From positions 1 through 40,602 of the IMG/VR virus record IMGVR_UViG_3300017747_002573: a stretch of 40,602 nt of DNA. One strand, written 5' to 3'. This DNA comes from a virus. Its lineage: Duplodnaviria > Caudoviricetes. The translations under genes and the position numbers were made by a program. Below, piece after piece: positions 1 through 7,977 of the stretch. How positions within the stretch are numbered: position 1 is the first letter of the stretch; each line of letters begins with the position of its first letter. The notes below the pieces were generated by a model that was given only the letters and a program-made list of their open reading frames with translations, did no database searches and was not told the origin of the DNA.

Positions 1-123
1 GCCCATATGGGGGACCCGTCAACGAATGGAGAACAGCCGTGAAAGCGCTGCACATGGAAGATGACGGATTGAAGCCCTGCCCTTTCTGCGGCTGCGATGG
101 CATTGAAGGGCCGTTCCCGCACA
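1..123. repeat. Terminal direct repeat (copy 1), identical to 40480-40602; circular genome overlap
   Basis: Bases 1-123 (gcccatatgg...ttcccgcaca) recur exactly at 40480-40602, and ORF 40060-40521 runs through the join. Confidence 0.95.
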
Positions 124-407
124 ACCAGCTTCGTCTTGTGTGGGTGACGCGCTGCGGGAATCCATCGTGCGAGGTCGAGCACATGGCGGACTCAGCCGAA
201 GAAGCCTGCGCCCGTTGGAATCGTAGAACCCCTCCAGAGACGACGGAGGTCGCCGAGCTGCGGCGGGATGCGGAGCGGTATCGGTGGCTCCGCGATCATT
301 GGTGGCTTGACGACAAGGCCGATGCTACCCCGGCCCCGATGATGAACGCCCAAAGTCCTGAACAATTCGATGCGGCCATCGGCGCAGCCTTGGGAGAACA
401 GCCGTGA
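39..407 (+). CDS. Lar-like restriction-alleviation zinc-finger protein fused to a shuffled C-terminal module
   Basis: LKPCPFCG...CGNPSC...AEEACARWNRR motif typical of the Lar family; GTG start preceded by GGAGA RBS. Confidence 0.65.
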   Translation: MKALHMEDDGLKPCPFCGCDGIEGPFPHNQLRLVWVTRCGNPSCEVEHMADSAEEACARWNRRTPPETTEVAELRRDAERYRWLRDHWWLDDKADATPAPMMNAQSPEQFDAAIGAALGEQP

Positions 408-625
408 ACGATACAAACGTCGGACTCGGGATGGTCCCACACCGCACGAACTGCGGGTGCGATGACTGCTGCATCAATCGTCTGCGGGACGAAAACAGCG
501 TATTGCGCAGGGCGCTGAAGTCCATGCCTTGCATGTGCACGAAGTACGATGCGTATCCCGGCGGACCAGTAATTACGTGTGAACCACGGTGCTCTCGTTG
601 TGTAGCACTGGAGCGAAAGACATGA
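404..625 (+). CDS. Cys-rich hypothetical protein
   Basis: GTGA overlap with the upstream gene; multiple CxC/CxxC motifs. Confidence 0.6.
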   Translation: MNDTNVGLGMVPHRTNCGCDDCCINRLRDENSVLRRALKSMPCMCTKYDAYPGGPVITCEPRCSRCVALERKT

Positions 626-1143
626 CCGACCCGCTCACCACAAATACGCTGCTCGACGAAGCCGCCGAGTTCGTTGCCGAAAAGCAAACCGGCTATTCGC
701 TTGTGCGCCAGCTTGCCGACGCCATCGAGCGCCTGATCGCCGAGCGCGACGATGCGGAGCAAGCGGCTGCCACGAATCTGCATATGGAGCAGCAGGCAAA
801 GCTGCAACTGGCGACCGTGATTGCAGAGAACGTCAAGCTGACCAAGTACGTACAGAACTACTGCACCGTAATGGTCGCTGCTGCTGAGGAGATTGCAGAG
901 CACTGGGATGCCCACTGCGACAAGGAAGGTTACGGCCCTTCTAACCTGATGTACCGCCTTGAAAATGGCATTCCAGGTGAATACGGGTACACGGCTGGTG
1001 CGTTTGCGAATCTCAAGGCCGAGCGCGACAGGCTGCGGGAGGCGGTTACGCAGTGGTGCGATTGGGTAGATGGAAAGCGGACTGACCTGAACTATCAGAA
1101 AGTTCGTGATGCTTTTGACGCCGCCCTCGGAGACCGCACATGA
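622..1143 (+). CDS. Hypothetical coiled-coil early protein
   Basis: ATG at 622 (MTDPLTT) overlaps the previous stop (ATGA); GGAG RBS. Confidence 0.65.
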   Translation: MTDPLTTNTLLDEAAEFVAEKQTGYSLVRQLADAIERLIAERDDAEQAAATNLHMEQQAKLQLATVIAENVKLTKYVQNYCTVMVAAAEEIAEHWDAHCDKEGYGPSNLMYRLENGIPGEYGYTAGAFANLKAERDRLREAVTQWCDWVDGKRTDLNYQKVRDAFDAALGDRT

Positions 1144-1430
1144 GCGACTACGTACTGCCGTGGCATTGCCTGAACTCGGTTCAGCACGAAAGCATCAAGT
1201 TGCTTCTTGACGCTGCAAAGCGGGCGCACACAATCGACGTTGTGATCCTCAAGGACGGCAAAGAGTTCATCTTTCAGGCCGACTGGCTTAAGAGCTTGGT
1301 CCCTGGCTCAGCGCGAGAGATATACAGCAACACCACGATGGCCATTCCGATGCAGTGCTCGCGCCATAATGGACACGGCCCCGAAGGCGCGTACTGCAAG
1401 CAGCACGCAAAGCGGTTCGAGACATTTTAG
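1140..1430 (+). CDS. Hypothetical protein with C-terminal C-x-C/H zinc-binding module
   Basis: ATGA coupling; QCSRHNGHGPEGAYCKQHA motif. Confidence 0.6.
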   Translation: MSDYVLPWHCLNSVQHESIKLLLDAAKRAHTIDVVILKDGKEFIFQADWLKSLVPGSAREIYSNTTMAIPMQCSRHNGHGPEGAYCKQHAKRFETF

Positions 1431-1567
1431 GGGGGATAGCACATGGTTATTCACATGCAAAAACGATGGAGATTGAAGTGGCGTCGAGATCCTGACGCAG
1501 GCCGCGTCCTGTTCATAGGTCCGTTCGTATTCAGCATCGACATGCACGCTCGGCCGAGATCCACCCG

Positions 1568-1741
1568 ATGAGCAGCGTGACCGAGCTGGATAGTAGGCGT
1601 CCGCACGTAACCGAGCGCCAGCGGTGCCACAACTGTGGGCACGAACAGATTTCCGTCCATCGCGCCGACGTGAAGATTGAATGGTGGTCCTGCGGTAAGT
1701 GCTTCGAGTACGCCTGCAAGGCCGTAGAAACTATCTCTTAG
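1568..1741 (+). CDS. Small zinc-ribbon protein (57 aa, not in ORF track)
   Basis: Manual translation MSSVTELDSRRPH...CHNCGH...CGKC; ATGA coupling to a 42-aa ORF at 1443-1571. Confidence 0.55.
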   Translation: MSSVTELDSRRPHVTERQRCHNCGHEQISVHRADVKIEWWSCGKCFEYACKAVETIS

Positions 1742-1756
1742 CGGAGGAACAGTTCA

Positions 1757-1945
1757 ATGATTACGTGGATCTTGATTATTTTCGCCCACGTCGGCCCGCT
1801 GGCTGACGGGAACAGCAACGCGCTTCAGTCTGTGCCGGGGTTCGCGACACAGGCCGAATGCACCGCAGCGGGAGAGGCTGCGAAGTCGCTGGCATCTGGG
1901 ACGACGAAGATCATCCGGGTTACCTGCGTCAAGCAGACCCGCTAA
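1757..1945 (+). CDS. Small secreted or membrane protein
   Basis: GGAGG RBS; hydrophobic N-terminus; two Cys (F.TQAEC.AA...VTCVK). Confidence 0.65.
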   Translation: MITWILIIFAHVGPLADGNSNALQSVPGFATQAECTAAGEAAKSLASGTTKIIRVTCVKQTR

Positions 1946-1980
1946 GAGTGACGGAACAGGTCTGAATTGCAGAGAGTGCC

Positions 1981-2580
1981 ATGAAAGAACGCCCAATCCT
2001 ATTTAGCGCCCCAATGGTTAGCGCGATCCTAGCCGGCGCGAAGTCGCAGACCCGGCGCGTTGTGAAGTGGCCGGCGTGGCTTCTGGCGGACGACTACGAC
2101 AATGCGGCGCTGGAATTGAGATCGAGCCCGGAGATTGCACTGATGCAGGACGGGCGTCCTATGCGCCGGTTTCGTTGCCCCTACGGCCAGCCAGGCGACC
2201 GCCTGTGGGTGCGGGAAACGTGGGCCGTCCCTCACCGATATGACGGGCATGGCCCAAGCAACATCCCGACTCTTGATGTGCGCGTTCACTACGCCGCGAG
2301 CGAGGACCGAGGCGGGCTGCGCTGGCGGCCATCCATCCATATGTGCAGATGGGCCTCCCGCATCACGCTGGAAGTGACGGGCGTCCGCGTGGAGCGGTTG
2401 CAGGAGATCAGCGACGAGGATGCCAAGGCCGAGGGCGTGGCGGATCTTGGCGAACGTCTTCTTGGCGTGACCCCTCATCGAGCGCGCTTTTTCAATCTCT
2501 GGGAATCCATCAACGGCCCCGGCTCGTGGGACGCGAATCCGTGGGTCTGGGTGATTGAGTTCGACCGGCCCACCGCTTAG
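1981..2580 (+). CDS. Conserved phage ASCH/PUA-like protein
   Basis: MKERPILFSAPMV...KSQTRR, CPYG.PGDRLWVRETW, WRPSIHM, RLQEIS, SWDANPWVWVIEF motifs. Confidence 0.8.
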   Translation: MKERPILFSAPMVSAILAGAKSQTRRVVKWPAWLLADDYDNAALELRSSPEIALMQDGRPMRRFRCPYGQPGDRLWVRETWAVPHRYDGHGPSNIPTLDVRVHYAASEDRGGLRWRPSIHMCRWASRITLEVTGVRVERLQEISDEDAKAEGVADLGERLLGVTPHRARFFNLWESINGPGSWDANPWVWVIEFDRPTA

Positions 2581-2606
2581 AGCATCCGCGACATAGGAAC
2601 CTGACC

Positions 2607-2810
2607 ATGCAAGCCGACGACAAGCCCCGCCTGGTGCGGGTGACTGATCCGGCTGAGATCGAGGCCGTGCAAGCCGGCGCCGGTGGCGAACTCGGCTTCC
2701 CCTGCGGCCTGACCGACGAGGCTGGCAACTGGTGGGCGGATGCGACCGAGCTGGCCAAGTGGAGGGCTGGTGCGGCAAGCTCAGCGCACAACACAGGAGC
2801 GGGGGAATGA
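2607..2810 (+). CDS. Hypothetical protein
   Basis: AGGA RBS; coupled to the next gene by ATGA. Confidence 0.5.
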   Translation: MQADDKPRLVRVTDPAEIEAVQAGAGGELGFPCGLTDEAGNWWADATELAKWRAGAASSAHNTGAGE

Positions 2811-3073
2811 GCGCCTATCGTGAGCGATTGGCAGACGTGATACGTGCCGAGGTTGCTGGCGTCGATCTTGAGGACATGGGGCATGAGGTCAGGATAAATG
2901 CCATGCGCGAGGACGGGACGATGTACGCGGTTGGGTATGTGTCGGCGGCGCTGTGCTATCAAAACCCAGTCGGGGCCGCGCTTGCTGTTTCCCGCCTGAA
3001 GTTTGGGCGAGATAGGGCATCTCACAGCGCACTACCTGCCCAAGCCGACAACCCACCCCTGAAGCGCGGCTAG
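2807..3073 (+). CDS. Hypothetical protein; last gene of the + arm
   Basis: ATG at 2807 (MSAYRERL); 3' end overlaps the convergent Rz gene. Confidence 0.5.
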   Translation: MSAYRERLADVIRAEVAGVDLEDMGHEVRINAMREDGTMYAVGYVSAALCYQNPVGAALAVSRLKFGRDRASHSALPAQADNPPLKRG

Positions 3074-3496
3074 TTGTTCTGCGTCGGCTTGGCAGGCTGC
3101 GGCGAGTCGGGTGAGCCGTTCAGGATCAATTCCATACTCTTCAGGGCGTTCAGGCTCCGGGGGGGCGTCAGCAAGTCTTGTGACGGTAACGGATACTTCT
3201 GGGATACGACGACGGGCGATGATTTGCAGCCCGCGATTAGACTCACGAAGAGAATCAGCGTCAGCTTGTAGGGTAAGCAGTTTGGCTTGGTAATCACGGG
3301 ATGCCTCACGGGTCACTTGTTCCTGGTGTTGAATCTGCCTTAGCTGTTCCTCAAAGCCCGCCACAGCCTCCCTATGCTGCGCTCGCTCCACGGCTAGAGC
3401 CTCACGCACCGACAGCCATCGCCACGCTGTAAAGCCGCCTAATGCGGTCACAGCGGCTGTTATCAAAAGCAGGTAGCGCGATAACCCAAACGGCAT
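3032..3496 (-). CDS. Inner-membrane spanin (Rz-like)
   Basis: N-terminal TM helix, coiled coil, C-terminal ACQADAEQLAALQGWV; contains a nested lipoprotein ORF. Confidence 0.75.
   Translation of the reverse strand: MPFGLSRYLLLITAAVTALGGFTAWRWLSVREALAVERAQHREAVAGFEEQLRQIQHQEQVTREASRDYQAKLLTLQADADSLRESNRGLQIIARRRIPEVSVTVTRLADAPPEPERPEEYGIDPERLTRLAAACQADAEQLAALQGWVVGLGR
3070..3309 (-). CDS. Outer-membrane spanin lipoprotein (Rz1-like), nested in Rz
   Basis: Lipobox LILFVSLIAG-C followed by a Pro-rich mature part, embedded in an alternate frame of Rz; true start uncertain. Confidence 0.7.
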   Translation of the reverse strand: MRHPVITKPNCLPYKLTLILFVSLIAGCKSSPVVVSQKYPLPSQDLLTPPRSLNALKSMELILNGSPDSPQPAKPTQNN

Positions 3497-3546
3497 ATTT
3501 TTACCTGTAATGCTCTCTTTAGAGGATAAGCGGCGGGAATGTGCCG

Positions 3547-3601
3547 TTTATAAGTTATGACTTACATTTTGAAAGGGAATTTATAAGCTATAGCTTATAA
3601 A
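3547..3601. repeat. AT-rich paired palindromes
   Basis: Perfect 22-bp palindrome TTTATAAGCTATAGCTTATAAA at 3580-3601 and degenerate copy TTTATAAGTTATGACTTACATT at 3547-3568. Confidence 0.85.
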
Positions 3602-3602
3602 G

Positions 3603-3848
3603 TCATGGCTTCATCAAGTTGTCGGTCTTCTTGGCTGACCCAAGGCTCGACCCGAAGTAGTACCCGACTACATCTTTGAACGCTCCTGCCAGCACTCCGA
3701 CCAGCACTAGCAGGACTTCCCTGACCCCTTGGGCTACGTCTTCAACCCCCGTCAGTAGCAGGTAGATCGTGCCAAAGAAGGCGCACAGGATGGAGATACA
3801 GATCAGAAGTTGAGCAATGAAGCCCACCCGCTCAAGTACGCTTGTCAT
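3603..3848 (-). CDS. Putative holin (2 TM)
   Basis: Two hydrophobic helices and a VVGYYFGSS.GS..K motif; located in the lysis region. Confidence 0.7.
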   Translation of the reverse strand: MTSVLERVGFIAQLLICISILCAFFGTIYLLLTGVEDVAQGVREVLLVLVGVLAGAFKDVVGYYFGSSLGSAKKTDNLMKP

Positions 3849-3993
3849 CTAGCAGCCTCATTGCGTAGTCCAAGTCCTTTACAGCCCGCCTGAGTTCGTC
3901 AAAGCACAGCGGGAGTTCGTTTTCTTCCATCGCCAAGCGGATAGCCTCAAGGCGGTTACGGGCGCTCTTGATGCACTGCTGGGGGGTACTCAT
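3832..3993 (-). CDS. Hypothetical protein (53 aa, MSTPQQ...)
   Basis: GGAGG RBS and ATGA coupling to the upstream stop. Confidence 0.55.
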   Translation of the reverse strand: MSTPQQCIKSARNRLEAIRLAMEENELPLCFDELRRAVKDLDYAMRLLDDKRT

Positions 3994-4649
3994 GCCGCCT
4001 CCAACATGCTCACGTTGAAGGTCGAGCGGCCAATTTCGCCGTGTTCGATTTTGATGCGAGCCAAGAATTCTTCTGGCATCAGCGCGTGCTTTGATAAGTT
4101 GCACTTCTTGCATGAAATGCAGAGATTTACTAACTCATGCCTCCCGCCACGAGAGAGCGGGACAACATGGTCTATCTCAAAACGAGAACCGCAATCCTTC
4201 CCGCACCAAAGGCATTCCTTCGGTTGCAGAAGTATCCATTTTGAAACCTCGCAATTACTCACTCCAGATGCAATTGCGGAGCGGCGCATCGCGCTATTAG
4301 CGGAACTAGCTGCCTTCGCCCTATGCGGATACTTCGCACGCCATGCTGCGCATACGGCTTTAGCCTTATCTGGATTTAGGCGCTTCCATTTCCTGACAAT
4401 GGATATATATTTTTCTCGGTTTCTTTCTCTCCATGACCGAGCCATGGAGTTCACCTTTTCTCTATTTCTTTCTCTCCATAGAGACTGCCTTGTAACAGCC
4501 TTATCTGGATGCCTAGCCCTATGCTCCTGCTGGGATATCCTCATGCAGGATCGGCAATAGTAATGAAGCCCGTCGGCCTTTCGACGATTCTTGCAAAAAT
4601 GGGAAATAGGCTTTAGCAGGACGCACCTGCTACACTTCTTTTCAGCCAC
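3990..4649 (-). CDS. HNH homing endonuclease ending in the captured C-terminus of the neighbouring phosphoesterase
   Basis: N-terminal CxxC..CxxC; CLWCG...EIDHVVPLSRGG.H...NL..SCKKCN.SK HNH motif; GTG at 4649 with GGAGG RBS. Confidence 0.9.
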   Translation of the reverse strand: MAEKKCSRCVLLKPISHFCKNRRKADGLHYYCRSCMRISQQEHRARHPDKAVTRQSLWRERNREKVNSMARSWRERNREKYISIVRKWKRLNPDKAKAVCAAWRAKYPHRAKAASSANSAMRRSAIASGVSNCEVSKWILLQPKECLWCGKDCGSRFEIDHVVPLSRGGRHELVNLCISCKKCNLSKHALMPEEFLARIKIEHGEIGRSTFNVSMLEAA

Positions 4650-4678
4650 GATGCCCTCCAACAAGGGTGTTTTGGTTA

Positions 4679-4722
4679 GGGCTTGGATGGCGTTGATGCG
4701 CTGTCCAAGCCCGAAAATTATA
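4679..4722 (-). promoter_or_regulatory. TATAAT box plus stem-loop upstream of the HNH gene
   Basis: TATAAT at 4722-4717 is formed by the last codons of the phosphoesterase; GGGCTTGGA...TCCAAGCCC inverted repeat at 4679-4712. Confidence 0.5.
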
Positions 4723-5836
4723 CATCAAGCATGCTGACATTGAATGTGCTTCTACCCATTTCCCCGTGCTCGGAATGGAAGCAGATTGAGGTCATGTCCC
4801 GCCCTGCCCTGTACCCGGCAGCGTTCGCCCAAGCGTCGGCGGGAGCCAGCGTCCTGAAGGTCTCCCACATGACCCCCGGCAGCTCCAATTGCTTCCGGTT
4901 GTGGACGTGGCCGGTTAGCCAGTAGCGGAACTGCGTCTGTCCCCATAGCTCGGGCTTGTCTGCCGCCATGACGCCAGATAGCTTTTCAGGCTTGCCAGTG
5001 TCACCGTGGGTGACCCCGATCAGGACTTTGCCGAAGTGGTGATAGTGGAACTTGCCGGGGCCGGTCTCTATCGTCACGCGGGGATTGCGCTCGTACAGCA
5101 GGGACAGGGACAGTGACAGCCACAGGGCGCCGATGTCGTCATGGTTACCGCAGGCTGATATGACCTTGACTTGGTAATGCACTGACAATGCAGTGTCTAT
5201 ACAGGTCCGCAGCATCTTGACGCCTGCGCGGATCATGGCCGCGTAACGGGTGTCAACGTCCAGCGTATTGCCTGAACGGGAGGTTTCGTTCTTCAGGTTG
5301 TCAACGTGGAAGAAGTCTCCCAGATTAACTATCAGGGCTTGCTCGCAGGCTGGAGCCTGAGATACCAAATAAGACATGGCCGAGGTCAGCAGGTTGTCGG
5401 CTATCTTGATGTCATAGTCCGCCCCGGTTTCCTCTGCCCATGAGTACATGGCAACGTGGTGATCGCCAATTGGGTAGACCGTCATCAGGTCGCTGCGGTG
5501 CGGTCCTTTCGGAAGCGGGATGCGCTTGACCGGCTCCGTGTCGCTAAATACGTCCTTGAGGTAATCCGCCCACTGTTCAGGAGAGCGATTCCCGGCCTGT
5601 TCCTTGACCCATTGCAGCTTAACCTCACCGTCAGGCCCGTACAGAGTGGACGTGCCCGCAATCGACTTCGGAGCGGCTGGCTCAATGCCCATATCCCGCG
5701 CCGACTGGACCCGGCTATAGAACGTGTTGCGCGGTAAGCCGACAATCCTTGCGCCCTTGGTAACGCTGCCCCCTGCGGCATTCAGGGCGTCTATTGCGGC
5801 TTGCGCCGCCTCTCTGCTTAACGGCTTATTCGCCAT
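4718..5836 (-). CDS. Calcineurin-like metallophosphoesterase with N-terminal HTH
   Basis: GDHH, NLGDFFH, GNHD, THGD and TGHVH motifs; N-terminal GSVTKGAR..GLPRNTFYSR HTH. Confidence 0.85.
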   Translation of the reverse strand: MANKPLSREAAQAAIDALNAAGGSVTKGARIVGLPRNTFYSRVQSARDMGIEPAAPKSIAGTSTLYGPDGEVKLQWVKEQAGNRSPEQWADYLKDVFSDTEPVKRIPLPKGPHRSDLMTVYPIGDHHVAMYSWAEETGADYDIKIADNLLTSAMSYLVSQAPACEQALIVNLGDFFHVDNLKNETSRSGNTLDVDTRYAAMIRAGVKMLRTCIDTALSVHYQVKVISACGNHDDIGALWLSLSLSLLYERNPRVTIETGPGKFHYHHFGKVLIGVTHGDTGKPEKLSGVMAADKPELWGQTQFRYWLTGHVHNRKQLELPGVMWETFRTLAPADAWANAAGYRAGRDMTSICFHSEHGEMGRSTFNVSMLDV

Positions 5837-6137
5837 GCTTCCCTGTCTCTAACGCCTGTGCCAACAGGCCTCCGAACTGGTCAACGTGCTGCTCGTTGCG
5901 CCAGAGCTTTGAGTTCATGTAAAACAGAATCGCGTGAGTGAGTTCGTGGGTGTACGTGTGGACCAGCTTGGTCTTGGGCTGGCGCAGCAGAACGATAAGG
6001 TTATCGTCAGGGACGAAGAACCCGCAGCAGTCCTCCATGTCCTCGTGCTTTTCTGCCAATGCCTCCCAGTCCCGCTTGCTCACAATGCACACCTTGATGG
6101 TGTGCCCCATGAGCTGGAAGGACTTGGGGATTCTCAC
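5826..6137 (-). CDS. Zn-metallopeptidase-like protein (HExxH)
   Basis: THELTHA motif with a downstream E; GTG at 6137 overlaps the endolysin stop. Confidence 0.65.
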   Translation of the reverse strand: MRIPKSFQLMGHTIKVCIVSKRDWEALAEKHEDMEDCCGFFVPDDNLIVLLRQPKTKLVHTYTHELTHAILFYMNSKLWRNEQHVDQFGGLLAQALETGKHGE

Positions 6138-6475
6138 TTGATACCGTCCCGCTCCTGGCTGTAGTGGTTCCCGTCTTTGAACCGCCCGCCCCACCTGTTA
6201 AGCGGATGCAAGCCTTCCCAATACTCGCCAAGGAACGTATGCGCTGCGGTGTCTTGCAGGTAGTTGCCGTCCTTGAATAGATTGAGGTCTATCGCAAGCC
6301 TGTTCTTGTGCGCGCTGCGAGCGTGACCGTAGCCTTTCGGATCGCCGATCATCCCGAATACTCGCGGGTCTCTGAAGCCGTCGCCGAGCGTGAGTTCGTA
6401 GCCCATTGCGTAGGCGTAGCCGATCAGCCTCGGGAGTAAGCTGACGAACAGGCGCTGTTGCTCCCCGAGAGTCAC
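6134..6475 (-). CDS. Endolysin, peptidase M15 family
   Basis: SAH..RLAIDLNLF and RWGGRF.DGNHYS motifs; lysis-region context. Confidence 0.85.
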   Translation of the reverse strand: MTLGEQQRLFVSLLPRLIGYAYAMGYELTLGDGFRDPRVFGMIGDPKGYGHARSAHKNRLAIDLNLFKDGNYLQDTAAHTFLGEYWEGLHPLNRWGGRFKDGNHYSQERDGIK

Positions 6476-6789
6476 CGCCGATCCTCAATTAATTTGTCTA
6501 TTCTCCCTTCCAGTCGGTTAATCGCGCCAACAATGCGATCCTCTCTCCCGGTAGCCTCGCGGCGCATCGTGTCAAAGGAATCCTTTATGTCGGCCTCGTG
6601 GCGCTGGAAGGTCGGGCGTGAGACTGAGTTAAGCTCCAGCTCCCTGACCTTCTCTACAAGCTGAGTGTGGCTGACCTCGCCCTGCTCTATGCGCTTATGG
6701 AACAAGCGGACCACCCAGATAGCGACCGCACCAAGGGCAGAGGCCAGCCCCTTTACGATGTCCCACAGAGTCAAGGATTCCTGGACCAC
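6472..6789 (-). CDS. Single-TM coiled-coil protein (holin/antiholin-like)
   Basis: One TM segment then a coiled coil ending RLEGRIDKLIE; directly upstream of the endolysin. Confidence 0.55.
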   Translation of the reverse strand: MVQESLTLWDIVKGLASALGAVAIWVVRLFHKRIEQGEVSHTQLVEKVRELELNSVSRPTFQRHEADIKDSFDTMRREATGREDRIVGAINRLEGRIDKLIEDRR

Positions 6790-6829
6790 ACATAGCTTCC
6801 TTCTTGTTAGGATTTTTAGCGGGCATCAT

Positions 6830-7213
6830 CTAAAGAAAAAACTCGACTACTTTTATTTCCCCACCGTCCGCCTCTTGCCATAGCGGAGAAGATCCATCAC
6901 CCCAAGTCCAAGAAGCAGTTGTGCCGCCTGGAGTCGCGTATGTGGCATCAGCAGAAGCAAAACGGCGCTTACTCCCGTCCCCTGCCGTAACCAGCACTGA
7001 CCTGAAAAAAGACTGGCTTACGATCCCCATTTCAATATAGAAATCCAGCCCGACGAAGGTTCTTATGGCTTGCAGCGTGGTTCCTCTGTACGCTTCAGGC
7101 GATGCCGTACCAGATGCGCCACGAACATATCCCGCAGTGCCAGCGGCAGACCCAAGCGTAATGACGATATTGGCCGCTCCACCACCGCCAACCATCGCAG
7201 CAACAGCGGTCAC
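6830..7213 (-). CDS. Putative tail-tip or receptor-binding accessory protein
   Basis: Gly/Ala/Thr-rich; GTGA-coupled to the fiber gene. Confidence 0.5.
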   Translation of the reverse strand: MTAVAAMVGGGGAANIVITLGSAAGTAGYVRGASGTASPEAYRGTTLQAIRTFVGLDFYIEMGIVSQSFFRSVLVTAGDGSKRRFASADATYATPGGTTASWTWGDGSSPLWQEADGGEIKVVEFFL

Positions 7214-7950
7214 GACAGGCCCGTCCCGGAGATCAGCCAGCTTGTAGACGTGATCTTTACGGCAGTCGCAATGCCGTTCTGCGCGAGGGTGCGCGTGCCG
7301 GTCGTGGTCGTTCCGGCGAGAGTGAGCGTGTCGGTAGTGATTGCGATGGAGACGCTATTCGAGTCGAGGTTAACGAATGTCAGGGTTGTCCCGACTGCGT
7401 AGGCCACGGACGCATTCGCGGGGATCGTGTAGGTATCCGCTGCGCCATCACCGGAGGCGTGATAGATGTGCTTTCCGGCATCCCCAATGAGACAGGTGTA
7501 ATTGCCGGTCTGCGCGTTCTGCGGGATGCCACGGAAACCGATCTCAATGCCGTTGTAGGTAACGGATGTGGCAGTCAGGCCGATGCTGTCAACCGTGGTA
7601 CCAGTGCGCGTAACCTGGATGATGTTGGCGCCCGCCCCGTCAGCGTCCGTTCTGGTGCCTAGAAACAGGTCGCCACCAGACGCAACCCATACCCACATCT
7701 TCTCGTCTGAGCCTGCGTCCGACTCGTTGAGCAGGTAGCGCGGCGCCGTTGACGTGATAGTAAAGGCCGTGGCGCCTGTCAGGACGTTGCTGGCGTTCAG
7801 GAGCGCCGTGTTGTTATAGAACGTCCGAATATCCGCCATCATCTGCCGCCCTACGTCGTTCACGGCAGAGGGGGCCATGCCTTCAGGCCAGCCATTGGGA
7901 GGGGCAGCGTTGTTCGATGCTGCGGTAGTTGACCAGTCGGAAACTGCCAT
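7210..7950 (-). CDS. Tail fiber/spike protein
   Basis: N-terminal WSTTAASN...GWPEGMAPSAVND..RQMMA anchor and C-terminal YT....DAGK...TIPANASVAY.VGT...W.ISG.GLS module, both common in podovirus fibers. Confidence 0.7.
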   Translation of the reverse strand: MAVSDWSTTAASNNAAPPNGWPEGMAPSAVNDVGRQMMADIRTFYNNTALLNASNVLTGATAFTITSTAPRYLLNESDAGSDEKMWVWVASGGDLFLGTRTDADGAGANIIQVTRTGTTVDSIGLTATSVTYNGIEIGFRGIPQNAQTGNYTCLIGDAGKHIYHASGDGAADTYTIPANASVAYAVGTTLTFVNLDSNSVSIAITTDTLTLAGTTTTGTRTLAQNGIATAVKITSTSWLISGTGLS

Positions 7951-7977
7951 TTAATGGACCTCGTGATATAGTCGGGA

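Noticed and set aside
28-407. CRISPR array or integron attC interpretation of the GGAGAACAGCCGTGA repeats
   Set aside because: The repeats are too short, irregularly spaced by whole genes and non-palindromic; no cas or integron integrase gene
3580-3601. dif site or protelomerase telRL site
   Set aside because: The arms do not match XerC/XerD consensus, the palindrome is shorter than known tel sites, and no protelomerase gene is present
6830-7950. Diversity-generating retroelement or invertible tail-fiber cassette
   Set aside because: No reverse transcriptase, TR/VR pair, invertase or flanking inverted repeats were seen
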